From positions 1,686-65,685 of the IMG/VR virus record IMGVR_UViG_3300047160_004205: 64,000 nt of DNA, one strand, 5' to 3'. Positions 53,664-62,663 of the stretch are shown here, piece by piece (within the stretch, counting starts at the first letter, position 1; every line of letters starts with the position of its first letter). The DNA is from a virus (lineage: Duplodnaviria; Caudoviricetes). The notes under the pieces were generated by a model, which was not told where the DNA came from, did not search any database, and worked only from the letters and a program-made list of their open reading frames with translations. The position numbers were made by a program, and so were the translations under genes.

Positions 53664-55573
53664 CAGCCGCTCGCTATTTTGTACCACCAGGGCGGGGTGG
53701 CGTTGCCGGTTTGCTGTCCGTAAATATACTCGCGCCACCCTCTGGAGCCGCCAACAATGGTATCTGTGGAAACATTGCCTTCGAAAGCGTCCGCCCCGAC
53801 TGCTGCGTTGCTCCCGGCAACACATTGAATCGTTACCGCATTAGCACTGGTATCAACTTTTTTAATCACTAATCGTCGCGTGAACGACTGCGCAAGGCCG
53901 CCGCCGCCGTAAGTCAAACCAGGGATTGAGATTGTGATTGGCCCGCTAGTGGCATCAACTAAAACTAAATCATCGTATTGAGTAATAGTGTAGTTTGCGG
54001 TTTTAACATTTGATGGAAGCACCCCCTGTGATGAATCTGCCTTGTAATAAGGAAAGATAATTTGCCCAACAATTGTGCTGGTAGTGCCAAGGTCTACCGT
54101 GCCGTTTGTAGTAACCAACCACTGCACTGGCACCTCTGTCCAAACAACTGTGCCATCAGATGTCGTGCCCCCTTGCCAGTTCCAAGTTGGCTGAGTACCC
54201 CCTGACGTTCCCCCCGTGGTTGCTTTGAAAACACGTCCAACACCATCAGGAAACGTATAGGCATTATTAGCAACTGAAATTATGCTGTTGAGTGGGTAGC
54301 TTGTATTTGCGCCCCACCCGAAAATCTCACCATTAGCACCATGGCAAGCACGGACATCGACGGGGATACTAACTGCGGAAAGAAACTGCGGGCTCTCAGT
54401 TCGGCAATTATAAATTGAACATCCAGAACCATCGCTGCCATTGAAAAAAAGATCGTAGCCGCCATTAGCGATCTGGGTATAGCCAGCAGTACTTTCGAAA
54501 CTGTGCGAGAAATAGCCAGCCCAGCCATCGAAATGGTAGTGCCCGTTCGTCGTGTAGTTCTGAGTATCGCCACCGTAAAAATTATTGTGAATGTTGTTGA
54601 AGCCATCCTGCCGGTAGCAAGCAAACGACGCGCCTGAGAAGTGGCAATTGAAGTATTGGCAGTTGTCACCCTGCCCGAAACTCTGCCCTTGTCGCAGTGA
54701 GTAGAAGCAATAGAGAGAGCCCTGCGTGACAAAGATCATGTCATAGAACGAGCACCCCTGGACGCCGAGGCTTGAGCCGTCGTGCAGGATGTTCCCGTCT
54801 AAATCAAACGCTGTTATACCAGCGCCGGTATTTTGAAAGACGCCAAAATTTCTCCAAGTCGTGTACCAACAGCCATTAGTCTGGATGACAAAATTCCCAG
54901 TCCCGCTAACCGTGCTGACAAATTTCCCGTCACCATAAATCAGTCCGCTGCGTAGGTTTTTGGTTTGGATGAAATCTGCACCAATCTGGTAATTGCCTGC
55001 CTCGATATGAACCGCGAGATTAGCCTGGGTATCGACGTTGTGCTCCGAGCCGGGGAACCCAAAGGCGGTATAGAACGCCTGTTGCAGAGCGCAGTAATCG
55101 ATCGCTTGGCCTAACGAGGTAGCAAACGGATAAGCTGCCTGCGCCGCCCCGAGCGTTGCATAACGTGTGCTCAAGGCATGAACGGCACCATCTGCGATCG
55201 CGCCAAACTGATACGGCGAGACAGATTTGACGCCCCCAGCGGAGGAGATGTCCTGAGCTAGGGCGTCAAAGGAAACCACAGGCGCGATGAGGAAATTGAG
55301 GGGCCCGGTTCCAGTACCCCCGCCAGAAGTCACCCACTCTTCGTTAGGATCGCGGGTGACGGTTCCCCCGGTATAAATCCCCCGCCCCCAAGCCCGCTGT
55401 GTCGGGGCCTGGACGGCATCCTGAGCGTGGTAGGAGACAGTCTGGCCGTTCACCAGATCGCCCTGAGCCACCGCTTGGGCGGGCGTCCTAAAGGAACTAC
55501 GGGCTATTGCAAAGACGAAGGTGCCGGTTCCGGCTGACGCGGCAGTGAAGGAGACGGCATTAACCAGCACCAT
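53663..55573 (-). CDS. Tailspike/tail fibre with pectate-lyase-like beta-helix (alternative start 55618)
   Basis: SPYQFGAIADG, IDYCALQQAF, HIEAGNY; WGANTSYP...GGTQPTW...SDGTVVW motif; C-terminal VKTANYT...VLVDATSGPITI. Confidence 0.8.
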   Translation of the reverse strand: MVLVNAVSFTAASAGTGTFVFAIARSSFRTPAQAVAQGDLVNGQTVSYHAQDAVQAPTQRAWGRGIYTGGTVTRDPNEEWVTSGGGTGTGPLNFLIAPVVSFDALAQDISSAGGVKSVSPYQFGAIADGAVHALSTRYATLGAAQAAYPFATSLGQAIDYCALQQAFYTAFGFPGSEHNVDTQANLAVHIEAGNYQIGADFIQTKNLRSGLIYGDGKFVSTVSGTGNFVIQTNGCWYTTWRNFGVFQNTGAGITAFDLDGNILHDGSSLGVQGCSFYDMIFVTQGSLYCFYSLRQGQSFGQGDNCQYFNCHFSGASFACYRQDGFNNIHNNFYGGDTQNYTTNGHYHFDGWAGYFSHSFESTAGYTQIANGGYDLFFNGSDGSGCSIYNCRTESPQFLSAVSIPVDVRACHGANGEIFGWGANTSYPLNSIISVANNAYTFPDGVGRVFKATTGGTSGGTQPTWNWQGGTTSDGTVVWTEVPVQWLVTTNGTVDLGTTSTIVGQIIFPYYKADSSQGVLPSNVKTANYTITQYDDLVLVDATSGPITISIPGLTYGGGGLAQSFTRRLVIKKVDTSANAVTIQCVAGSNAAVGADAFEGNVSTDTIVGGSRGWREYIYGQQTGNATPPWWYKIASG

Positions 55574-56159
55574 TTTCGGATTGTAGACGCTCAAGGCGAT
55601 AGAGGGAACTAGGGCCACCAGTCGCGGTGATTCGCCAGCCGTCCCTGAGTTGCCGGTTGATCTCCTGCCGCATGATCGGGATCAGATGCCGATCCGCGTC
55701 CTTGGTGTCGTAGATCGCCTTGATGATCTCGGGCGCTGTCACCGGCCGGTGGCTGTCATAAAGGAACTTGACGAAAGCCTGCCTCCGATACCCCGTCACA
55801 AACGGGCAGGACTGTTGAAAAGCCTTGATAATCATCCGCACCCCCTCAGGCGCGTATCCGTACTCCACTGAGTATTTCCTTATATATTTCGGGGAGTCAT
55901 CGGTAATAAGCTGAAGCCTTACCCTTACATAATCCAGTAACGCCTTGATTATATTATCAGGATCAGATCGGCACTTCCCGTCATCAATGATAAACTTCAC
56001 CTCGTACTGTCCAAGTATCGGATTCTGCTTGTGTTGTCCGGATATGGTGACGATCGCATCGGCTTCCGCCTGCCATTTTCTATGCTTTGCGATATAGCCC
56101 CAGTTCACCCTACGTGTACTATTGACGCTGTAAGGCGCTGGTAAATCTATCGTAATCAT
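55560..56159 (-). CDS. rusA: RusA-like Holliday junction resolvase with C-terminal winged-helix (start MITIDL)
   Basis: PYSVN, RSDPDNIIKALLD, ITDDS; GAGG RBS. Confidence 0.75.
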   Translation of the reverse strand: MITIDLPAPYSVNSTRRVNWGYIAKHRKWQAEADAIVTISGQHKQNPILGQYEVKFIIDDGKCRSDPDNIIKALLDYVRVRLQLITDDSPKYIRKYSVEYGYAPEGVRMIIKAFQQSCPFVTGYRRQAFVKFLYDSHRPVTAPEIIKAIYDTKDADRHLIPIMRQEINRQLRDGWRITATGGPSSLYRLERLQSENGAG

Positions 56160-56241
56160 AGAACCTCGTTCCACCATAGCAGCGCAACGAACAGCACGGT
56201 TGCGAGAGCCCCAAGAAACAACGGCATGAACCAATACAACG

Positions 56242-56682
56242 TCACCGGCGAACCATTGGGTTATACGCAATCTGACAGTGGCCGAGACAGTATGGCTCGC
56301 CGTCGACTCGCGGCGCGGCGCACCAACAGAAATCGGCGTCCAAAGGATCATTAATTGGCCACCGGCAGTCATTGAAGCCCAGATCGATCAGGCTATAGGA
56401 TGGCCCTGAGGTGCCGTTAAACGAGCGCCTGGAGGCGTTCGACGGCGGGGCTAGTGGCTTAGGCTCAGCCGGGAAGGAGCCATCCGAGCGCCGCTTTGGC
56501 TTGAGGATAGGCTTTGGCCGGGGTGTCGGGAGGTTTCTCTTTCTCATCAGTCCCATCCGGTAAACCTTCCCAAGTATTTGCGATCGGGTATAGCCGCCTC
56601 CCAGTTCTTTAGAAATCTGTCTGGCTGTCTTTCGTTCAATCCATAATTTCCTGACGACTTCCTCTATCTCAGGCGTCCACAT
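56242..56682 (-). CDS. gcrA: GcrA cell-cycle regulator homologue (start MWTPEI)
   Basis: MWT...LW...TARQISKELGG.TRSQILGKVYRMGL; LIDL...CRWPI.DP...FCWC...YCLGHCQIAY. Confidence 0.9.
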   Translation of the reverse strand: MWTPEIEEVVRKLWIERKTARQISKELGGGYTRSQILGKVYRMGLMRKRNLPTPRPKPILKPKRRSDGSFPAEPKPLAPPSNASRRSFNGTSGPSYSLIDLGFNDCRWPINDPLDADFCWCAAPRVDGEPYCLGHCQIAYNPMVRR

Positions 56683-56693
56683 CGGTTGCTCCC

Positions 56694-56747
56694 TTGACTG
56701 GTAACGGGCATTACTGTAGCGTACACACAATGTACGGCCTTAGCAAT
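56694..56747. promoter_or_regulatory. Overlapping divergent promoters for gcrA and the LexA-like gene
   Basis: Plus: TTGACT(56694)-17-TAGCGT; minus: TTGCTA-17-TACGCT; the -10 boxes overlap. Confidence 0.6.
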
Positions 56748-56954
56748 CCCCAGAACAAGGTTCTCCAATACATCATCCGCTACCAGCTTCAATATGGCCA
56801 CTCGCCATCCGTAGGCGATATTGCCACGGGGCTAGGCCAGAAAAGCAAGGCCAACGTCCACCGGATTCTCAAGGAACTCGTGACACGCAAGCGGATCAGG
56901 ATGATGCCGCGCAAGGCCCGGACAATCGAGGTTATTTACGGGAGAGACTCATGA
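56730..56954 (+). CDS. LexA-type winged-helix DNA-binding domain only (putative repressor)
   Basis: LSNPQNKVLQYI...YGHSPSVGDIATGLGQKSKANVHRILKEL...ARTIEV; no protease domain. Confidence 0.8.
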   Translation: MYGLSNPQNKVLQYIIRYQLQYGHSPSVGDIATGLGQKSKANVHRILKELVTRKRIRMMPRKARTIEVIYGRDS

Positions 56955-57229
56955 GAGGCCGAATCAGCGTTGTTGTCTCACCGGATACCAATGAATTGGC
57001 CCTTAGCCGACTGCGCGAATCTGGGTTCGATCCGGTGATCGGAGCCAATCTCCGTCAAATACCGGAAGAGCCGAAAGAGCCGGGGAAGACTCTTGCCCGC
57101 GCCGTTCTCACGCTCGTTTCGCACTACGTTCACGCTAACCAAGACAGCAACTTTCCCTTTGTGGCGGTCGATTTTGCCGAGCGGACGATGGCGCAAGCCT
57201 TCAACGAGGCTTTTGATGCTCACCGCTGA
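56951..57229 (+). CDS. Hypothetical protein
   Basis: 92 aa, ATGA-coupled. Confidence 0.55.
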   Translation: MRGRISVVVSPDTNELALSRLRESGFDPVIGANLRQIPEEPKEPGKTLARAVLTLVSHYVHANQDSNFPFVAVDFAERTMAQAFNEAFDAHR

Positions 57230-57995
57230 ACAACTCTCCGCCCGGGAAGGCAAGATTACCGGGAGCCAGATGAACATCCTCATGTCCGGCAACGAGGCCC
57301 GGATTCTCAATCTCTGGCGCGAGCTTGTCGGTGATCCAAAGTACGTCCCCGACGATCTCTCCAAAGTGTGGCCTGTCAGGCTGGGCGAGGCCACGGAGGC
57401 GCTGAATCTTGAGTGGTATGCCATGAAGCACGGCCCGGTTACACGCATGGGCGAGGTTGTGGTGCGCGGCTGGATGGGCTGCACATTAGACGGGTGGAAC
57501 GAGAAAGAGGGCTTCCCGGTGGAGGCTAAATGCGTCGGGGGCCGCTTCTCAATGGCTGATATCGTCGCCCGGTACGCGCCCCAGACTCATTGGCAGATGA
57601 TCGTCACCGAAACCCGGAAATGCGCCCTTTCGGTAATCATCGGCGGAGCGGAACCCGTCGTCGAGGTGATCCCGTATAACCACGAGTACGCCGCGCTCTT
57701 GAGGGCTACGGGAAGGAACTTTCTCGATCTGGTGGAGAACCTGATCCCACCGTCCGAAATCCTCAAGATCGAACCCCCGCCCTTGCCAGTTAAAGAGTAC
57801 GACATGGTGGGCAGCAATGCTTGGGCGAATTTCGCGCCGTGTTGGCTACAGACACGGGTTGCTGCGCTTCAAAATGCGGATGCGGAGAAAGAAATAAAGG
57901 CGCTCGTTCCCAAAGACGCCGCTAAAGCGTTCGGTCACGGAATCATCGTCACGCGCAATCGAGCGGGCGCGATGCGTTTGACGGAGATGAAATGA
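57216..57995 (+). CDS. YqaJ/lambda-exonuclease-like recombination nuclease (start MLTAEQ)
   Basis: REGKITGS, LGEATE, GCTLDG, VEAKCV, YAPQTHWQM. Confidence 0.85.
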   Translation: MLTAEQLSAREGKITGSQMNILMSGNEARILNLWRELVGDPKYVPDDLSKVWPVRLGEATEALNLEWYAMKHGPVTRMGEVVVRGWMGCTLDGWNEKEGFPVEAKCVGGRFSMADIVARYAPQTHWQMIVTETRKCALSVIIGGAEPVVEVIPYNHEYAALLRATGRNFLDLVENLIPPSEILKIEPPPLPVKEYDMVGSNAWANFAPCWLQTRVAALQNADAEKEIKALVPKDAAKAFGHGIIVTRNRAGAMRLTEMK

Positions 57996-58213
57996 CTAAA
58001 TCGCAAGTAGAGGTTTGGGCGACGGACAATGAAGGCCGCAGCTTCGTTGGTGTTGGCGAGGTGACTTGGCACGCGACTGAACGTGAGAACTCTAACGTGG
58101 ATTTTCAACCGAGCGGAATCCACAGGTGGCAAATCAACAAAAGCAACGGCGGATTCATAGGATGGACGCCGTACACCTACGGAAAAGAGGATGAAGATGA
58201 AAGCGGTTGCTAA
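57992..58213 (+). CDS. Hypothetical protein
   Basis: 73 aa coupled between exonuclease and Bet. Confidence 0.5.
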   Translation: MTKSQVEVWATDNEGRSFVGVGEVTWHATERENSNVDFQPSGIHRWQINKSNGGFIGWTPYTYGKEDEDESGC

Positions 58214-59369
58214 AGTCGAAACCGGACAAGTCGCGTTCAGTGACGAACAGGTGAAGCTTATTAAGGACACGATCTGCAAGGGCGCGTCCGACAACGAGCT
58301 AAAGCTCTTCCTCTATCAGTGCCAGCGCAGCGGACTCGATCCGTTCGCCAGACAGATTTACTCGATCGAGCGAAGAGAGCGGGACGAAGGAGGTAATTGG
58401 AAAAAGGTTCGCCAGACTCAAACCTCGATCGACGGCTTCCGTCTGGTTGCCCAACGCACCGGACAGTATAGGGGGCAAGCGGGGCCTTACTGGTGCGATC
58501 AGGACGGCGAGTGGCACGATGTCTGGGTAAAGGATACCCCGCCCGCCGCTGCGCGCGTTGGCGTTCTCCGAGAGGGCTTCCAAGAACCCTGCTTTGGAGT
58601 GGCGAGATTCAAATCCTACGCCCAAGTCAAATCGGACGGCACCGTAACCCGGATGTGGAGAGTGATGCCGGATGTGATGATCGCCAAATGCGCGGAAGCG
58701 CTCGCGTTACGGAAAGCCTTCCCGCAAGAACTCTCCGGACTCTACACCTTTGACGAAATGGCACAGGCAGATGACGAACTACAAACACAAACCACCGATG
58801 CCCAGCCAGCTATATTACCGCCCACGAAAGCTGCGGCTGCGCTTACTGAAATTGCCGCCGCAGCCCCAACCCAACCCGCTGTTCCGGAAAGCGAGTATCC
58901 GGCCGGAGACGCAGGCCCGCCGCGCAAAATTACGCTTGATGATTCGCCTGACTGGATTTGGTTTGGGCAAACGATGATTGCGCTGTCCGGTGGCCCCGAT
59001 TGGGTACAATGGCGCGATCACAACAAGCTCAATTTCGCCCGCATGGAGAACGAGGCTCCGAAGGTTTTCACGCGGATGAACGCGGCAATCAAGAAAACCG
59101 CCGTGGCGGCTGACAAGGCTAAGAAGAAACCGGAGAAGGAGAGGGAACCAAATCGGTTAGAGCCGGTGCAGCCGTTACTGGCGAACGATCCGGAAGCCTA
59201 TTTGAAATGGCTTAAGGAGAGTCTTGATCGCTTCCTCGACATGCAGGCAACGCGCGATGAACTGATGGACTTCGCTCAGGGCCAGCAAGAGATCATTGCG
59301 GACGGGATGCCGCCCGACATATCCGCGTGCCAGGACTTAATCAAAGCGGCGATATCGGCGTTGTCGTGA
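58191..59369 (+). CDS. bet: Single-strand annealing recombinase (Bet/RecT family)
   Basis: [52 protein letters not shown]. Confidence 0.9.
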   Translation: MKMKAVAKVETGQVAFSDEQVKLIKDTICKGASDNELKLFLYQCQRSGLDPFARQIYSIERRERDEGGNWKKVRQTQTSIDGFRLVAQRTGQYRGQAGPYWCDQDGEWHDVWVKDTPPAAARVGVLREGFQEPCFGVARFKSYAQVKSDGTVTRMWRVMPDVMIAKCAEALALRKAFPQELSGLYTFDEMAQADDELQTQTTDAQPAILPPTKAAAALTEIAAAAPTQPAVPESEYPAGDAGPPRKITLDDSPDWIWFGQTMIALSGGPDWVQWRDHNKLNFARMENEAPKVFTRMNAAIKKTAVAADKAKKKPEKEREPNRLEPVQPLLANDPEAYLKWLKESLDRFLDMQATRDELMDFAQGQQEIIADGMPPDISACQDLIKAAISALS

Positions 59370-59383
59370 CGAGGGAGGGGCGT

Positions 59384-59725
59384 ATGAGCTTCCCAGAACG
59401 AAGAAGGCAAACGGCATCAGAGAGCCTGTCGCGCTATGGTTTGCCCTACGGGGTTTATATCAACGAGACTGAAGAGGTTCTTTTTAATCGCGGATACCAG
59501 CCAATATGGCGGCGGCGCGAGATTGCTCTGGGTTACTGGGATTCCGCTGAACAAGCCAATCCGGGCGAATGGATCAAGTACAAAGAACAACTTTGGTTTT
59601 ATGATGATTCTTGCCCACCAGATCGTAACGCGAAAAGCAGGATACGTTGTTTGCGAGTTCTAAATAATTTCTTTAGCGGCAAGTCAATTCGGCAAATCGC
59701 CAAGCGGTTTGTGGACGGCACATGA
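59384..59725 (+). CDS. Hypothetical protein (start MSFPER)
   Basis: GAGG RBS; LPYG...EVLFNRGYQPIW. Confidence 0.6.
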   Translation: MSFPERRRQTASESLSRYGLPYGVYINETEEVLFNRGYQPIWRRREIALGYWDSAEQANPGEWIKYKEQLWFYDDSCPPDRNAKSRIRCLRVLNNFFSGKSIRQIAKRFVDGT

Positions 59726-60153
59726 TCGAAATCGCTGTCGTGAAGAGACGCGCGCTTTATAAGGACGAAATAGGACTTTTTGCTGTCGATCAGATCGCGG
59801 ACGAGGAAATCAAACGACTGCCAAATGACGAAGCTCCACTATGGGCGGAAATTACGACGCCAGCGAGTCTCAAGCTTCTCCGCCTGTTGTGGGCGATTGC
59901 AACAAAGCTAGCGCAGGGCGGGCTGTACCCGGACAAGGATGTAGCCATGGAGGACTTGAAAATCCGCGCCCGTCACGCCCGCTTTGCCGTCGAGAAGGAT
60001 CGCGTCGTCATCGTCCCGAGAACACTGAGCCGCCTTAGCCGCGATAAGCTTTCACGATTGGCGGACAGAATGATTTTTGTTGTTTGCGATCAACTGTTGC
60101 CAGGGATGGATGAATCCGAATTTCGCGCAGAATTAGAGAAGATGCTGACGTGA
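59722..60153 (+). CDS. DUF1367/NinB-like protein
   Basis: nin-region position; VPRTLSRLSRDKLSRLADRM. Confidence 0.5.
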   Translation: MIEIAVVKRRALYKDEIGLFAVDQIADEEIKRLPNDEAPLWAEITTPASLKLLRLLWAIATKLAQGGLYPDKDVAMEDLKIRARHARFAVEKDRVVIVPRTLSRLSRDKLSRLADRMIFVVCDQLLPGMDESEFRAELEKMLT

Positions 60154-60623
60154 GGCGAACGCGGCCCGGAGAATCGCTTAAAACACGGCTTGCTTTCCAC
60201 TCAATGCCAGTGGCAGAAAGCGGGTGTTGGATTTGGCTAGCGGGAAATAAAGATCGCTATGGAGAAATCAAAATTAACGGGCGGACTGTTAAGGCTCATC
60301 GCGCGGCTTGGGAGGCATATCACGGGCCGATACCTGAGGGTTTGAACGTCCTTCATAAATGCGATGTTACTCACTGCATAAATCCAGATCATTTATTTTT
60401 AGGAACGCAACTTGACAACGTGCGTGATATGCACGCGAAAAGACGTGACAGGAAGCGCCCTCAATTTGGCGAATCAAATGGGTTTTCTAAACTTACAGCG
60501 TCACAAGTTATGGAAATAAAAAAATCCTCCGAATCTAACGCCGCAATCGCGCGAAAATTGAAAGTTACACGGTTCGCTATAAGCGCCGTTCGTCGCGGGC
60601 TATCGTGGGGGTGGCTACGATGA
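60150..60623 (+). CDS. HNH endonuclease
   Basis: GCWIW, AHRAAWE..HG.IP, VLHKCD...CINPDHLFLGTQLDNVRD. Confidence 0.9.
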   Translation: MRRTRPGESLKTRLAFHSMPVAESGCWIWLAGNKDRYGEIKINGRTVKAHRAAWEAYHGPIPEGLNVLHKCDVTHCINPDHLFLGTQLDNVRDMHAKRRDRKRPQFGESNGFSKLTASQVMEIKKSSESNAAIARKLKVTRFAISAVRRGLSWGWLR

Positions 60624-60946
60624 CTGCGGCGCACCAGAAATTTATTCGCAGCTTACCATGCTTAAAATGCGGTCGATCCCCCTCTGAATGTTGTCACATC
60701 CGCTACTCCGACGCGAGAGCGGCGAAGGTGAATCCCGGGTTAGGCGCGAAACCAGAAGATCGCTGGACGGTTCCATTGTGCAAGCCGCACCACACCGGGC
60801 TATGCGGGCAGCACACGCGCGGCGAGCAAGAGTGGTGGATTTCCATAGGCATCGATCCGGTTCCAATCGCCTCGTTCCTGTGGGGCGTTAGCGGCGACTA
60901 CAGCGCCGGGTGCCAGATTTGTAGACATGCGTATTTTCACAGTTGA
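60620..60946 (+). CDS. DUF968-like HNH-fold protein (start MTAAHQ)
   Basis: IRSLPCLKCG, CCHIR, KPEDRWTVPLCKPHH. Confidence 0.75.
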   Translation: MTAAHQKFIRSLPCLKCGRSPSECCHIRYSDARAAKVNPGLGAKPEDRWTVPLCKPHHTGLCGQHTRGEQEWWISIGIDPVPIASFLWGVSGDYSAGCQICRHAYFHS

Positions 60947-60953
60947 CTCGCAA

Positions 60954-60974
60954 GTGTAGCAGTGCATACTACAT
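60954..60974 (+). promoter_or_regulatory. Palindromic operator copy 4, downstream of TTGACT (60943)
   Basis: GTGTAG CAGTGCATA CTACAT. Confidence 0.7.
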
Positions 60975-61123
60975 TATCGGTTCCATCCTGCCTTATTTGA
61001 GGCGAAAGCGTGAGAGAGAATCCCATTGCCGCCCTACCCACAACGCGAATCACAGGGCGGCGGGGCTGGCGCGGATAAGGGTTAAGGGATGGGGCCGCGT
61101 CAGCCCAACCATCGGGGGATGGG

Positions 61124-61204
61124 ATGAGTGATTGGATTGCAGTCTTAGTTGTGTATGCGTTCGGGAGCGCAATTGTCTTTGTTGCAAGTCACATCATCTG
61201 GTGA
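61124..61204 (+). CDS. 26-aa single-TM peptide (below track cutoff)
   Basis: MSDWIAVLVVYAFGSAIVFVASHIIW. Confidence 0.4.
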   Translation: MSDWIAVLVVYAFGSAIVFVASHIIW

Positions 61205-61214
61205 AGGAGCAATC

Positions 61215-61508
61215 ATGTCTGAGCAAATGAACGGCCAGGAACGCACCTCCCTAATCCAAGGTGTCATCAATGCAATGGATGACTCCGCCGCCGCCAAACA
61301 GCGAGCGATTGATTTACTGAAACAACTCCAATCTTGGCTGGAGAACTCACTGGGACGCGATTATGGATTTAGAGATCGGCTAGTGCGAGCCGTCGCAGAG
61401 AATCCCGTAGAGGATGAGGCGGCAGCGATAACCGAAGAGGGCATTAAGAATATTGCTGAAAAATACTCAGCCGATCCTAAGCTACTTCCCCAACATACGG
61501 GTAAGTAA
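61215..61508 (+). CDS. Hypothetical protein (start MSEQMN)
   Basis: AAGGAGCAATC RBS. Confidence 0.65.
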   Translation: MSEQMNGQERTSLIQGVINAMDDSAAAKQRAIDLLKQLQSWLENSLGRDYGFRDRLVRAVAENPVEDEAAAITEEGIKNIAEKYSADPKLLPQHTGK

Positions 61509-62442
61509 CTTCCACTTCCCCGTCAGTTTCTATGCCAAGTGCCCGCATTAGCGCTGGTGAGATGTCTGCTTGCCTTTGCGTACTAACGTGTGGCCCCCAA
61601 TCTGCCGGTGCCGCAGTGAACTGCCGTCCGGTTTTAGGCGCACGCACCAGCGCCATCTCTGGCCCCGCAAGGCGAGTCTTGGGGAACTGATTGTAATCCC
61701 AGCGCAGAGCTAAATAGTGCTTGTTGGGATCGAGGCGGCGAGCTAGCCCAGTAGTGCCTGCTGGTTGATGCTTCAGGAAGATTGATGGCTTGGTTTCATA
61801 TTTGTAGATGAACGCCAGTCCCTCACTGGGTGTCACGCCAGTATCATCCGGCCCGCCAAACCAAGAAACCTTGCCGACTGTGTGCAGAACATCTTCAGCA
61901 ACCGGAGCTTCCGCAACCGTCGGCGCAACAGCTTCAGCGATTGCTTGGCAAATAGCATCGAAATGCGAGGTGTAAGCCTCCACATCGGCAGCGGCATCAA
62001 CAAAACAGATTTCCAGCAAGATCGCCGGTTTGTTGGTGCCGTTCAGAAAGTAAAGATCGCTGCGCTTCTTAGCTCCCCGATTTATCAATCCACTGACGGA
62101 ACAGATCGCATTAGTGACTTTGGCAGCAAGGGATTGCTGAGTGACGTAAAGGACTTCAGCACCACGTCCTAACTCAGTTGGCACATAGGCGTTGAAATGA
62201 ACGCTAATATCGAGTTCGCGGTCTTGCTTGTTGTGCCAACTGACGATCGTGTTTAGGTTCTGCTGCTGCGTCGTAGAGGTATCGTCGTTGAAAGTAACGA
62301 CGGTATTGCCGTTGAGCGTCAGATAGTCGGCAACATGAGGAACTACCCTGCGGGCCTCGTTGACTTCATCGAGGCCCCAACCTTGAGGTCCCACCGCGCC
62401 CCTGACGTAGCGGCCGTGGCCGGAACTGATTGCGAGCTTCAT
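61477..62442 (-). CDS. Endolysin: N-acetylmuramoyl-L-alanine amidase (Amidase_3) + RlpA-like double-psi beta-barrel
   Basis: ISSGHG, LDEVNE, SVHFNA, LLEICFVD; C-terminal SWFGG, DWGP...ADISP. Confidence 0.88.
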   Translation of the reverse strand: MKLAISSGHGRYVRGAVGPQGWGLDEVNEARRVVPHVADYLTLNGNTVVTFNDDTSTTQQQNLNTIVSWHNKQDRELDISVHFNAYVPTELGRGAEVLYVTQQSLAAKVTNAICSVSGLINRGAKKRSDLYFLNGTNKPAILLEICFVDAAADVEAYTSHFDAICQAIAEAVAPTVAEAPVAEDVLHTVGKVSWFGGPDDTGVTPSEGLAFIYKYETKPSIFLKHQPAGTTGLARRLDPNKHYLALRWDYNQFPKTRLAGPEMALVRAPKTGRQFTAAPADWGPHVSTQRQADISPALMRALGIETDGEVEVTYPYVGEVA

Positions 62443-62663
62443 GGTGTAGCCTTACTGCATTGATCGATGAGTTTGTGGATCAGCGCCGTCTGAGATTCGT
62501 ACTGGGCAGTGGTTCGCACGTTAAGTTCATGCGCCGCATAACCGACTGCACCGACGAAGATCACGTTCATGACGATCAAGGCTAGGGCGATAGGTTGGCT
62601 TTTCAGCCCCTCTATAACTCCGGTGGCAACCTTCGCGCCTTCCTCAATCGCGCCAGGATTCAT
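62439..62663 (-). CDS. Single-TM lysis-cassette protein
   Basis: PIALALIVMNVIFVGAVGY followed by coiled coil, ATGA-coupled to endolysin. Confidence 0.6.
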   Translation of the reverse strand: MNPGAIEEGAKVATGVIEGLKSQPIALALIVMNVIFVGAVGYAAHELNVRTTAQYESQTALIHKLIDQCSKATP

